From: Patescibacteria group bacterium UBA3458
Lineage (GTDB): Bacteria > Patescibacteriota > Minisyncoccia > Phycocordibacterales > UBA2100
DNA length: 48,604 nucleotides
Reading direction: 5' to 3'
Assembly: GCA_002378745.1 (NCBI GenBank)
Contig: DFRR01000005.1
Location: forward strand, 43,581-92,184
Of the stretch, positions 15,072 to 23,397 are shown one piece after another; within the stretch, counting starts at the first letter, position 1, and the number at the start of each line of letters is the position of its first letter. The notes beneath the pieces were generated by a model that saw nothing but the letters and a program-made list of their open reading frames with translations, had not been told where the DNA came from and ran no database searches. Made by a program: the position numbers and the translations under genes.

Positions 15072-16511
15072 TTAGCCTATTTTTGCCTGCATGAGCTCTT
15101 TGAGTTTGCCCGGGTTTGCAGAACCGCGGCTGGCTTTCATTCCTTGACCAACAAGATACTGAAGCGCTTGTTCCTTCCCTGCTTTGTACTCGGCCACTAC
15201 CGCCTCATTCTCGGCAAGCACTGTGTCTACAATCTGCCCAAGTGCACCCTCGTCGCTTTGCTGTAGGAGCCCTTCCTGCTCTGCGAGCGACCGCACGGCC
15301 TTTTTATCAGAATTTCCGTTTCTAATGACATACTGAATAAGGCTCACCGCACCGTTTGAAGATATATCGCCATCATGTGCAAGTATAATAATCTCTGAGA
15401 ACGTTTGCGGTGTGATGTACTCCGTTACGTGATTTTCAAGCACATCACGCTGTGCAACAAGATTGTTGAGCACGTAGTTTGAAGTGAGTTTTGCCAATTT
15501 TGTACGATCCTGTGCATTCTCAAATAGATTCACTACTGCCTCAAAGAATGTAGCTAGTCGTACATCGGATACATATAGCTCGATTGCTTCTTCAGAAAGT
15601 CCGTATGATTCTTTGAGCCGCTCGCGCTTCGCATTTGGTAGCTCAGGCAATGTTGCGCGCAGTGCGTCGTGTGAAAATTCCGGCAATTCTGAAATTTTGA
15701 GTTTTGGTAAGTCAGGCTCTGGGAAGTACCGGTAGTCAGCAGCCTCCTCTTTAAGGCGTTGGCTGAACGTGACCTCTTTGTTCTCGTCCCAACCACGAGT
15801 TTCTTGAACCACGCGCTCTCCTGCCTCGATGAGGGCAATTTGTCGCTTAATCTCGAAGTCAATCGCGCGTTCAACTGCTCTAAACGAGTTTAGGTTCTTA
15901 ACTTCTACTTTCGTGCCCAATTCACCCTTATTTTTAGACACGGAAATGTTAGCTTCTACGCGCATCTCTCCTTTTTCCATGTTGGCGTGTGACACTTCCA
16001 ACGTTCGCAGCAGTAGCTGTAATTCGCGTGCAAAATCACCTGCCTGCTGTGCAGTGTGAATGACCGGCTCGGTTACCAACTCCATGAGCGGTACGCCCGC
16101 GCGGTTAAAATCAACCAAGCTAAACTCAGCATCGTTTGTGTGCAGCGAACGAGCTGTGTCTTCTTCGAGATGGATACGCGTTAGCGCAACTCCGGCAAGA
16201 GTACCGCCTTCAACAAAAGGAAATTCATATTGACTGAGTTGGAATGCTTTTGGTATGTCAGGATAGAAATAGTTTTTACGATCGAATTCTGAATAGTCGG
16301 CGAGCGTACCATCTACCGCGAGACCCACGCGTAGCAAACTGCGCACTGCCTCCTTGTTAATCGTGGGTAGCACTCCGGGATGTGCCATACACACTGGGCA
16401 TATGTTTACGTTCGGTGTTTTTTCATCGGGATCGTTCTTGGAGTTACAAAACATCTTCGTCTTAGTACGAAGCTCAGCATGAATCTCGAGTCCGATTGTC
16501 GGTTCAAACAT
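15072..16511 (-). CDS. gatB: Asp-tRNA(Asn)/Glu-tRNA(Gln) amidotransferase subunit B
   Basis: 479 aa. The N-terminus MFEPTIGLEIHAELRTKTKMFCNSKN...NICPVCMAHPGVLP and the overall length are typical of GatB. Confidence 0.95.
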   Translation of the reverse strand: MFEPTIGLEIHAELRTKTKMFCNSKNDPDEKTPNVNICPVCMAHPGVLPTINKEAVRSLLRVGLAVDGTLADYSEFDRKNYFYPDIPKAFQLSQYEFPFVEGGTLAGVALTRIHLEEDTARSLHTNDAEFSLVDFNRAGVPLMELVTEPVIHTAQQAGDFARELQLLLRTLEVSHANMEKGEMRVEANISVSKNKGELGTKVEVKNLNSFRAVERAIDFEIKRQIALIEAGERVVQETRGWDENKEVTFSQRLKEEAADYRYFPEPDLPKLKISELPEFSHDALRATLPELPNAKRERLKESYGLSEEAIELYVSDVRLATFFEAVVNLFENAQDRTKLAKLTSNYVLNNLVAQRDVLENHVTEYITPQTFSEIIILAHDGDISSNGAVSLIQYVIRNGNSDKKAVRSLAEQEGLLQQSDEGALGQIVDTVLAENEAVVAEYKAGKEQALQYLVGQGMKASRGSANPGKLKELMQAKIG

Positions 16512-16549
16512 GAGACTAATGGTAGAACGAATTACTACAAAATGCCAAC

Positions 16550-17524
16550 TTACTCGAGGGCACGTACAAACGCGAGTATGGTGTCTCGAAATGACTTCAC
16601 AGAGGCTTCGTCGTGAATAGAAACGGGGTATACATGCTCGGTGATAACCTTCAATTTCTGTACATGTTCTTCCTGTTCTTCTGCGCTGACAAGGTCTGTT
16701 TTGGTAACAGCGATGAGAAACGGCAATTTCTCCATCTCAGAGTCGTGTGCCACCAACTCCTTCATGAGTGCCGAAAATACTACATTTGGCTCATCTTGTT
16801 CAACCGAGATACAGAAAATAAGGGCTTTTGTGCGGTTTATGTGACGCAGGAACTTGTGTCCGAGACCCTTCCCAGATGATGCTCCTTCAATAATTCCGGG
16901 TATATCAGCAATGATATAGCCGTATAGCTCACCGAGGTTCGGATCAAGAGTCGTAAATGCGTAGTTACCCACCTTTGCTTTGGCGTTTGTGAGTACATTT
17001 AATAGAGAAGATTTGCCGGCATTTGGATATCCGACCAGTCCAAGGTCTGCAATAAGGCGCAGTTCTATTTCAAGTACATCTCGTTCCCCAGCTCGTCCCG
17101 AGGTTGTCTCGGTTGGACGCACATTCCGAGAACTCTTGAAGTGCTCGTTGCCGAGACCACCTGTACCGCCACGCAATACAACATGCTCGTCTCCTTCGTG
17201 CAAAAGTTCGAACACTTTTCCCTTCTGTTGCAGTCGAACAATAGAGCCTACCGGCAAATCAATAACTACATCTTCCCCATCTGCTCCATGCAAACTATTT
17301 TTTCCTCCATTGCCACCATGCTGTGCACTGAAGGATGGGTGCCCTCTATACTTACTCAATAGTGAGGTGTCACGAACAGCCCGAATACGGACATCACCTC
17401 CGCGACCACCGTCTCCACCGGCTGGACCACCTCGTGGATTGCTCCGACTTTGATTCCAACGGACCACTCCGTCGCCTCCATTACCGGCAACCGCTCCCAA
17501 TATTAGTTCATCAACAAATTTCAT
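16550..17524 (-). CDS. obg: GTPase Obg/CgtA
   Basis: MKFVDELILGAVAGNGGDGVVRWN...GGDGGRGGDV (glycine-rich Obg fold), then GLVGYPNAGKSSLL (G1) and DIPGIIEGA (G3). The start was moved to ATG 17524 because the 24-aa extension in the track ORF is non-homologous. Confidence 0.93.
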   Translation of the reverse strand: MKFVDELILGAVAGNGGDGVVRWNQSRSNPRGGPAGGDGGRGGDVRIRAVRDTSLLSKYRGHPSFSAQHGGNGGKNSLHGADGEDVVIDLPVGSIVRLQQKGKVFELLHEGDEHVVLRGGTGGLGNEHFKSSRNVRPTETTSGRAGERDVLEIELRLIADLGLVGYPNAGKSSLLNVLTNAKAKVGNYAFTTLDPNLGELYGYIIADIPGIIEGASSGKGLGHKFLRHINRTKALIFCISVEQDEPNVVFSALMKELVAHDSEMEKLPFLIAVTKTDLVSAEEQEEHVQKLKVITEHVYPVSIHDEASVKSFRDTILAFVRALE

Positions 17525-17672
17525 ATAAAATGTCTCGATACTTTTTTGAAATTTTTGCAATGCGCTACTTCGAAAAATGCAAAAAGCATGTTCCAAGAAA
17601 ATGTAGAGGGAAAAATTTCAAAAATGAGACCTTACTACTATAATCCAAAGCGAGAAAAAGTGCCAATAGCAT

Positions 17673-17695
17673 TAAAAAAGCCGCTTTAAGCGGCT
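17673..17695 (-). terminator. Rho-independent terminator after the yerC-like gene
   Basis: The minus strand reads agccgcttaaagcggct followed by tttttt. Confidence 0.7.
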
Positions 17696-17726
17696 AAAGA
17701 CAGTGACTTTCTATGACTTGTTACTT

Positions 17727-18038
17727 TTATAAACTAGTGCGATTTTCAGTTTCCTGAAGTTTGCCTAGCATGAGGGCGTAACCGCCTGTTCCCTCTTCCA
17801 TTACGCGCTTTATTCGAGAGATAGTCGCTGAACTCATACCAGTAATGCGCTCAACTTTGCGATAACTTGCTCCGAAATTAAGCATTTTTACAGCCTTCCA
17901 ACGCTTTGCTGCTTCTTCTATTTCCGAATGAGTAAAAAGGTCGCCAAGAAATGCTCGAGCTTCTGCAAGATTGTCGAGCTCGAGTAATGCGAGCATTAAT
18001 TCGTCGGTGTCATCATTTATCCACTTGTGTTTTGTCAT
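17727..18038 (-). CDS. TrpR-like YerC/YecD family protein
   Basis: 103 aa. The ...DLFTHSEIEEAAKRWKAVKMLNFGASYRKVERITGMSSATISRIKR... pattern is typical of the YerC/YecD Trp-repressor-like family. Confidence 0.8.
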   Translation of the reverse strand: MTKHKWINDDTDELMLALLELDNLAEARAFLGDLFTHSEIEEAAKRWKAVKMLNFGASYRKVERITGMSSATISRIKRVMEEGTGGYALMLGKLQETENRTSL

Positions 18039-18046
18039 ATCGCTTC

Positions 18047-18052
18047 ATTATA
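18047..18052 (-). promoter_or_regulatory. TATAAT box 8 nt upstream of ATG; candidate leaderless promoter
   Basis: The minus strand reads ttcaTATAATgaagcgatATG. Confidence 0.4.
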
Positions 18053-18072
18053 TGAAAGCGTTTCATAAAGTA

Positions 18073-18100
18073 AAGCGCTTGTCTGTGTGGACAAGCGCTT
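18073..18100. terminator. 11-bp-stem hairpin between the DUF360 gene and the yerC-like gene
   Basis: aagcgcttgtc-tgtgtg-gacaagcgctt, flanked by T-rich sequence on both strands. Confidence 0.6.
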
Positions 18101-18125
18101 ATTTTACGACTTTTGCCGTGTTTTG

Positions 18126-18452
18126 TTAATCTATACGAGAGCCTATTGCGCTGGCAACGGACACTGCAAGGGAGCCTAAGAGGGCCGGCAGGAACCCTGT
18201 CACCGTGAATCCTTCGACAAACGTTGAGAGAAACCAGAAGATTCCAGCATTCAAAAGGAACGCTGACAGCCCAAAAGTAACCAGGTGAATGGGAAGCGTG
18301 AGAATGGTAAACAATGGTTTAATGGTGATGTTTGCTAGTCCGAGCAAAACGGCAACGATGAGTGCTATATAAAGGCTGGTGACCTCAATACCAGGTATCC
18401 ATTGAGCTGCCGCCAAGAGTGCAAGGACAACGAGTGCAAATCGAATAAACAT
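18126..18452 (-). CDS. DUF360 / phage-holin-4_2 family small membrane protein (YvlD-like)
   Basis: 108 aa with 3-4 predicted TM helices. ...LLGLANITIKPLFTILTLPIHLVTFGLSAFLLNA... is typical of PF04020. Confidence 0.75.
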   Translation of the reverse strand: MFIRFALVVLALLAAAQWIPGIEVTSLYIALIVAVLLGLANITIKPLFTILTLPIHLVTFGLSAFLLNAGIFWFLSTFVEGFTVTGFLPALLGSLAVSVASAIGSRID

Positions 18453-18461
18453 ATATTTCTG

Positions 18462-19001
18462 TTACTTGCTAATGTGGTTAAATATTCCATTGAACATTAT
18501 ATATAAAAATTGTTGCCGTTGCTCGGTGAAGACTGTTTCACCCTCCCCCACTGAAATTTCTGGTATGTTGCTGATGGCAACCGTGTATGGCACGGCGTAC
18601 ATCTTGAGGGTCGCAACGAGTGCAAGTACGTGCTCAAGCGCACGCGTGCCACCGTACTGCCCATCGGACACGCCCACGAGCCCCACGGGCTTGTCCGCAT
18701 ACTCTTTGAAGGCACTATCGAGCAGGAGCTTCAGCTCGCCCGGGAACGAATGATTATATTCGGGCACCACAAGCACAAACGCGTCCATTTGGGCGGCAAT
18801 ATTGCGCCATTTTGAGGCATTTTCATCTGCTACCCAGGCGGGCACCGTAAATGGTGAAATAAGGTACTCTCGTGGGTCTATGAGGTGTACTTCCGGCGCT
18901 TCAGGGCGCTTTTTAAGCTCTTCTGCTATGTACTGGGCAATGTGTACAGAGCGGCGATCTTCTCGCCCGGTGCCGATGACGACTGCAATACGTGTATTCA
19001 T
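18462..19001 (-). CDS. NAD(P)H-dependent FMN reductase family protein
   Basis: 179 aa. IAVVIGTGREDRRS ... DAFVLVVPEYNHSFPGELKLLLD matches the PF03358 flavodoxin-like pattern. Confidence 0.8.
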   Translation of the reverse strand: MNTRIAVVIGTGREDRRSVHIAQYIAEELKKRPEAPEVHLIDPREYLISPFTVPAWVADENASKWRNIAAQMDAFVLVVPEYNHSFPGELKLLLDSAFKEYADKPVGLVGVSDGQYGGTRALEHVLALVATLKMYAVPYTVAISNIPEISVGEGETVFTEQRQQFLYIMFNGIFNHISK

Positions 19002-19008
19002 GTGTGGG

Positions 19009-19014
19009 AGTATA
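19009..19014 (-). promoter_or_regulatory. TATACT box 7 nt upstream of ATG; candidate leaderless promoter
   Basis: The minus strand reads ctgcTATACTcccacacATG. Confidence 0.4.
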
Positions 19015-19018
19015 GCAG

Positions 19019-19061
19019 ACGGAGTTGGTAGGGACGAGTTGATAGAAAACGGAGTTGGTAG
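19019..19061 (+). repeat. Two direct copies of ACGGAGTTGGTAG (30-nt period) with a GTTGATAG unit between them
   Basis: The 13-mer acggagttggtag occurs at 19019-19031 and 19049-19061. A third copy, inverted, lies at 19941-19953. The GC palindrome cgcgccg-a-cggcgcg (19064-19078) follows. Confidence 0.75.
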
Positions 19062-19091
19062 TGCGCGCCGACGGCGCGATGCTGCTGAGGG

Positions 19092-19120
19092 TTTACAAAT
19101 GTATATACAAAGTATATACT
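19092..19120 (+). promoter_or_regulatory. mazEF promoter with overlapping palindromic 8-mers (candidate operator)
   Basis: TTTACA (19092-97), a 17-nt spacer, then TATACT (19115-20). The self-complementary 8-mer GTATATAC occurs twice (19101-08, 19112-19), separated by AAA. Confidence 0.5.
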
Positions 19121-19190
19121 ATACACTACTTCCCCTTTAAGCCGTCCGCGTGGGTTTGACTGGTGTAGTTAAAAATTAATTTTGAATTAT

Positions 19191-19430
19191 ATGAAAACAA
19201 AGATTCAAAAGTGGGGCAATAGCCTTGGAGTGCGACTGCCTAAGAATATAACTGAACAAAAAGCCTTGCGAGAAGGTGTCGGTGTTTCGGTGATGCTCAA
19301 GGACGGTCAAATTGTGATTGAGCCTGTAGCAGATGAGCTTTCGCTTAATTCCCTACTCTCCATGATTTCGAGTGAAAATGTTCACGCTGAGACTGACTGG
19401 GCTGGGACTCGCGGGAATGAAGTATGGTAG
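19191..19430 (+). CDS. mazE: AbrB/MazE/SpoVT-type antitoxin
   Basis: MKTKIQKWGNSLGVRLPK... is the classic swapped-hairpin N-terminus. It overlaps mazF by 7 nt. ATG 19191 is preferred over the TTG at 19182. Confidence 0.85.
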   Translation: MKTKIQKWGNSLGVRLPKNITEQKALREGVGVSVMLKDGQIVIEPVADELSLNSLLSMISSENVHAETDWAGTRGNEVW

Positions 19431-19759
19431 CAAAAAACTATACCCCAAACAGAGGAGACTTAGTGTGGGTAGACCTTAATCCGACAAAAGGTCGTGAGCA
19501 GGCTAAAATGCGTCCTGCCATGGTGGCGTCTCCTAAGTCGTACAATCAGAAGACCGGGCTAGCCATTATGTGCCCCATTACCTCGGTACAGAAAGGATAC
19601 CCGTTTGAAGTACCAGTAAACGATAAGAAGGTAACCGGTGTTGTATTGTCCGACCATATTCGATCATTGGATTGGAAAGCACGAAATGTGCAGTTTATCG
19701 CCAAGGCGAAACCAAAAGTTGTCCAAGAAGTGCGGGCAAAGTTGCTACTACTGCTGTAG
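19424..19759 (+). CDS. mazF: MazF/PemK-family endoribonuclease toxin
   Basis: 111 aa. PNRGDLVWVDLNPTKGREQAKMRPAMVASP...AIMCPITS...GVVLSDHIRSLDW matches the MazF pattern. Confidence 0.9.
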   Translation: MVAKNYTPNRGDLVWVDLNPTKGREQAKMRPAMVASPKSYNQKTGLAIMCPITSVQKGYPFEVPVNDKKVTGVVLSDHIRSLDWKARNVQFIAKAKPKVVQEVRAKLLLLL

Positions 19760-19846
19760 CATACGAGCTATCAGCCAGTAGCTGTTAGCTACAGAATTTT
19801 GAATGACGAGTTTCGAATTTTGAGTCAAGATTGAATGTTGCAAAGA

Positions 19847-19879
19847 TTATAGTGAATAGGTTATAGGTGATAGAAACGG
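19847..19879 (+). repeat. TAG-ending heptad block upstream of the bidirectional terminator
   Basis: attatagtgaataggttataggtgatagaaacgg has no C until the final cgg. Confidence 0.6.
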
Positions 19880-19887
19880 AAACGAAC

Positions 19888-19926
19888 GAAACCCCTCGCT
19901 CTCAATAGGAGCGAGGGGTTTCTTTT
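19888..19926. terminator. Bidirectional intrinsic terminator between convergent mazF and secA
   Basis: gaaacccctcgctc-tcaatag-gagcgaggggtttc (14-bp stem), followed by tttt on the plus strand and by gttcgtttcc on the minus strand. Confidence 0.75.
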
Positions 19927-19953
19927 CTATAAACTAAAGACTACCAACTCCGT
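19927..19953 (-). repeat. TAG-heptad block (minus orientation) containing the third ACGGAGTTGGTAG copy
   Basis: The minus strand reads acggagttggtagtctttagtttatag. It sits directly after the secA stop and directly before the hairpin. Confidence 0.7.
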
Positions 19954-19959
19954 AAACTG

Positions 19960-22515
19960 CTAGCTTGCCGTGTGTGCGGTGCGTGCTTGATGCTCTGTTG
20001 AGTTAATCAGACCGCACTTTTTGTACTTCTGCCCTGAGCCGCATGGGCAGGGGTCGTTGCGTCCGACTTCATTTGCCTGTGTGCGTCGTACTGCCTGCGC
20101 TTTTGCATTACCATCCTTCTTACCAAGTGCTGTTGCACTTTCGTGCACCTCTTTCATCTCCTGTGTCTCTTGGCGAACAAACATGTCACCAGAGAGTTGC
20201 GGCATGTGTCGCAATACGTTTTCTTTGTAGGAGAGCTCGAGACCGTTAAAGAGTCGGAGCCCCTCCTTTTTGTATTCGATAAGTGGGTCGCGCTGGCCGT
20301 AGGCACGGAGATTCACGCTGCTGCGCAGGTAGTCCATGGTTTCAAGATGTTCCACCCAGAGCATATCAAGCGTTTGGAGAAGCACACGACGAGTTGTCGT
20401 GTAAAATGCCTCCTCCCCTATTTCCTTCTTTTTGTCGGCAACTATGTTTTGTGCTTCTTCATTACCCTCGGTGATTGATGCAAGCTCTACATCAATGTCC
20501 TCATTTGTGCCGAGCAGTATGTTGTTACGGCGTGCGTAGAGTGTCTTACGCTGCGCATTGAGTACGTCGTCGTACGCCAACACCTGTTTACGTGAATCAA
20601 AATGGAATCCTTCAATCTTCTTTTGCGCAGTTTCGAGTGAGCGAGTGATGATCTTATTTTGAATCGGCTCATCCTCAGGAATACCAAAACGCCCCATCAT
20701 GCCCTTAATGGTGTCACTTGCGAATACACGCATGAGGTTATCTTCAAGCGATACGAAAAATTGGGTCTCTCCCGGGTCGCCTTGACGTCCTGAGCGTCCA
20801 CGGAGCTGGTTGTCGATGCGACGGGCTTCGTGACGTTCCGTTCCAAGTACAAACAAACCGCCGAGTTGGCGAATTTCTTCTTGCTGTTCAGGTGTTGGGT
20901 TGTCACCCCCGAGCTTGATGTCGACACCACGCCCCGCCATGTTGGTGGATACTGTTACCGCACCACGACGACCGGCTTCAGCAATGATGCTTCCTTCACG
21001 CTCATGGTTTTTTGCGTTAAGAATTTCATGTGGAATACCCTCGCGCTTAAGGAATGCCCCGAGTAGTTCGTTCTTCTCTACAGATACCGTACCAATAAGT
21101 ACCGGCTGCCCCTTCTCGTGCAGTTCTCGCACCTTCTTCGCAATAGCCTTGAATTTACCCTGTTCTGTCTGAAAAATGAGGTCGTCGTGGTCAATACGGC
21201 GTATCTCCTTGTTTGTAGGCACAGCTACAGTATTGAGGCCGTATACTTTGTAAAATTCTTCGGAGCTGGTGACAGCGGTACCGGTCATACCGGCAAGTTT
21301 GTCGTAGTGACGGAAGTAGTTTTGATAGGTAATAGACGCAAACGTGCGAGATTCCTGCTGTACCTCTACCCCCTCTTTTGCCTCCATCGCTTGGTGGAGC
21401 CCCTCGCTCCAACGGCGGCCCGGCTGCATGCGACCGGTAAACTCGTCGACAATGATGACCTCCCCATTGTGTACTACATAGTCTTTGTCGCGTTCAAAAA
21501 GTGCCTTGGCGCGAACCGCGGTTTCAAGGTGGTGTACGTATTTAATGCCCTTGTCGGTATAGATATTTTCAACACCGAGCAGTTTTTCTGCTTTTGAGAT
21601 ACCCTCGTCAGTGAGCTGAATGGCGCGAAGTTTTTCGTCTACCGTATAGTCGGTCTCGCGCGCAAGCTGCTGTGCGATTTGTGCAAACTGCCCGTAGAGC
21701 TTCTCGGCGTCGGCCGAGGGTGCCGAAATGATGAGCGGTGTTCGTGCTTCGTCAATAAGGATTGAATCGATTTCGTCGACGATGGCAAAGTGGTAGCCAC
21801 CGTTTTCCGGTGTGCGCTGGCGAAGCTCGCCACGCGTGTACGTAATGTTGTCGCGAAGGTAGTCAAACCCAAACTCACTGTTGGTTCCATAGGTAATGTC
21901 GGCCGCGTACGCTTCTTGGCGGGTGCAGACTTTCAGAAAGTCTTCTACTACTTCAAACGAGCCCTTGGTGTCGCGCTCTTTGTCGGCCTCCGGTACCTCA
22001 TCTTTTGCCAGGTGTGCCTCATCGTATAGGTACGATGCCTCGTGGTTGATAATACCCACACTAAGGCCAAGAAATGTATAAATTTGCCCCATCCAGACGG
22101 CGTCACGGCGTGAGAGGTAGTCGTTTACCGTCACTACATGTACCCCCTTGCCAGTAAGGGCGTTGAGGTATGCTGGGAGTGTCGCCACCAGCGTTTTTCC
22201 TTCTCCGGTGCGCATTTCAGCGATGTCGCCATTGTGAAGCACTGCGCCACCGATTATTTGCACATCGTAATGTCGCTGCCCGAGTGTGCGCTTTGATGCT
22301 TCGCGGACCACCGCAAAGGCTTCCGCCATGATGTCTTCGAGGGTTTCGCCGTTAGCGAGACGCTCTTTAAAGTGAGCGGTTTTTGCTTTGAGTTGCTCGT
22401 CGGTGAGCGCTGTGTACTCCTCTTCGAGCGCATTTACGCGCGTAACGATACGTGACGCTTTTTTGAGCGCCCCTGCGTTTTCGTCTCCCAACAGTTTCTT
22501 AATTCCTTCAAACAT
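19960..22515 (-). CDS. secA: Preprotein translocase ATPase SecA
   Basis: 851 aa. It has MRTGEGKTLVATLPAYLNAL (Walker A), the DEIDSILIDEARTPLIIS motor motif and the C-terminal zinc motif CPCGSGQKYKKCG. Confidence 0.97.
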   Translation of the reverse strand: MFEGIKKLLGDENAGALKKASRIVTRVNALEEEYTALTDEQLKAKTAHFKERLANGETLEDIMAEAFAVVREASKRTLGQRHYDVQIIGGAVLHNGDIAEMRTGEGKTLVATLPAYLNALTGKGVHVVTVNDYLSRRDAVWMGQIYTFLGLSVGIINHEASYLYDEAHLAKDEVPEADKERDTKGSFEVVEDFLKVCTRQEAYAADITYGTNSEFGFDYLRDNITYTRGELRQRTPENGGYHFAIVDEIDSILIDEARTPLIISAPSADAEKLYGQFAQIAQQLARETDYTVDEKLRAIQLTDEGISKAEKLLGVENIYTDKGIKYVHHLETAVRAKALFERDKDYVVHNGEVIIVDEFTGRMQPGRRWSEGLHQAMEAKEGVEVQQESRTFASITYQNYFRHYDKLAGMTGTAVTSSEEFYKVYGLNTVAVPTNKEIRRIDHDDLIFQTEQGKFKAIAKKVRELHEKGQPVLIGTVSVEKNELLGAFLKREGIPHEILNAKNHEREGSIIAEAGRRGAVTVSTNMAGRGVDIKLGGDNPTPEQQEEIRQLGGLFVLGTERHEARRIDNQLRGRSGRQGDPGETQFFVSLEDNLMRVFASDTIKGMMGRFGIPEDEPIQNKIITRSLETAQKKIEGFHFDSRKQVLAYDDVLNAQRKTLYARRNNILLGTNEDIDVELASITEGNEEAQNIVADKKKEIGEEAFYTTTRRVLLQTLDMLWVEHLETMDYLRSSVNLRAYGQRDPLIEYKKEGLRLFNGLELSYKENVLRHMPQLSGDMFVRQETQEMKEVHESATALGKKDGNAKAQAVRRTQANEVGRNDPCPCGSGQKYKKCGLINSTEHQARTAHTAS

Positions 22516-22551
22516 GGTGTACCTGCGTTAGTAGGCGGCAGTATACCAAAT

Positions 22552-22584
22552 GGAGCTTATAGTTGATAGTTTTTAGTTTATAGG
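22552..22584 (+). repeat. TAG-ending heptad block upstream of secA
   Basis: ggagcttatagttgatagtttttagtttatagg is followed by the weak hairpin aggacg(N14)cgtcct at 22582-22607. A possible secA extended -10 (minus strand tTGgTATACT, 22540-22548) lies next to it. Confidence 0.6.
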
Positions 22585-22621
22585 ACGCCACAAGACGCAA
22601 ACGTCCTGCAAGTCAGTGGTT

Positions 22622-23356
22622 CTAGCCAGAAACCCTTGATAGCTCAACAAATATGCCTTGGTGGTCACTTATTCCTTTATGCAGCAGTATAGTATGTACA
22701 TAATATTGGTGCGTAGTGAAACACATATCAACCACCCTCGGTAAATGCCCTGCGCGGTGTAATGTGGGGTCAAGGGTCGTGTGCACAGAAACAGGTATGT
22801 TATCTGTGTACTTCTCTGCAAGAGCCCCCCACAAATAATTTTTTTCGCGAGGTGCATTTAAATCCCCAAACAAAGCAAACTCAGTTACATCAGAAACAAG
22901 CATTCGAAACACAGTGAAGTCTTCTTCTTGCATACTGGTTACTGTACCATTTGGTGACCACGTAAAGTGAGTCTGCAAGAGGGTGATTGTTTCGTTTTCG
23001 TGAACAACAGTAAGTTTCTGAAGATAGCGATTGCATTTACCGGTAACCATATCGAGAACGGGTATCTCCTCACCCGTGTGGGCATACACTGTCGATTCAC
23101 AGGAGGCAACATGCATACTATCTGATACATAACATGCGAGCCCCCATTCATACTCTTCATTAAATTTTAGTGCGCGTGCCATCGGTACATATTGCACGAG
23201 GCGCATACCGAGCATTCTAGCAATGTCTTCGGCTTCAGAAGAGATGACTTCTTGTAAGAAAACAACGTGTGGCGCGAAACTGCGAATGTGTTCGGGAAAT
23301 TTATTTAGATGCTTTGACGCTTCAATATTAAGTGAGTAGATGCGGATTGGATTCAT
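22622..23356 (-). CDS. Endonuclease/exonuclease/phosphatase (EEP) family protein
   Basis: 244 aa. IYSLNIEAS... VVFLQEV ... GDLNAPRE ... ISDHQGIFVEL are the EEP catalytic motifs. Confidence 0.75.
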   Translation of the reverse strand: MNPIRIYSLNIEASKHLNKFPEHIRSFAPHVVFLQEVISSEAEDIARMLGMRLVQYVPMARALKFNEEYEWGLACYVSDSMHVASCESTVYAHTGEEIPVLDMVTGKCNRYLQKLTVVHENETITLLQTHFTWSPNGTVTSMQEEDFTVFRMLVSDVTEFALFGDLNAPREKNYLWGALAEKYTDNIPVSVHTTLDPTLHRAGHLPRVVDMCFTTHQYYVHTILLHKGISDHQGIFVELSRVSG

Positions 23357-23397
23357 GAAGAAGTGCGCGTGTAACCAAATGGAGCATCGCGAAGGAA

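Noticed and set aside
19793-19835. The GAATTTTGA-type repeats (cagaattttgaatgacgagtttcgaattttgagtcaag), considered as a second IVS-like cassette.
   Set aside because: There are only direct partial repeats. There is no enclosed ORF and no inverted partner. It is mentioned as a possible remnant under the cassette finding and is not called as a feature.
20021-22081. Multiple 60-160-aa antisense or alternate-frame ORFs within secA. The same occurs within gatB, obg, the Wzy_C gene, the ThDP enzyme gene, galE and the ATPase gene.
   Set aside because: They are embedded in genes with strong, full-length family signatures. They have no independent signals and are typical spurious ORFs.
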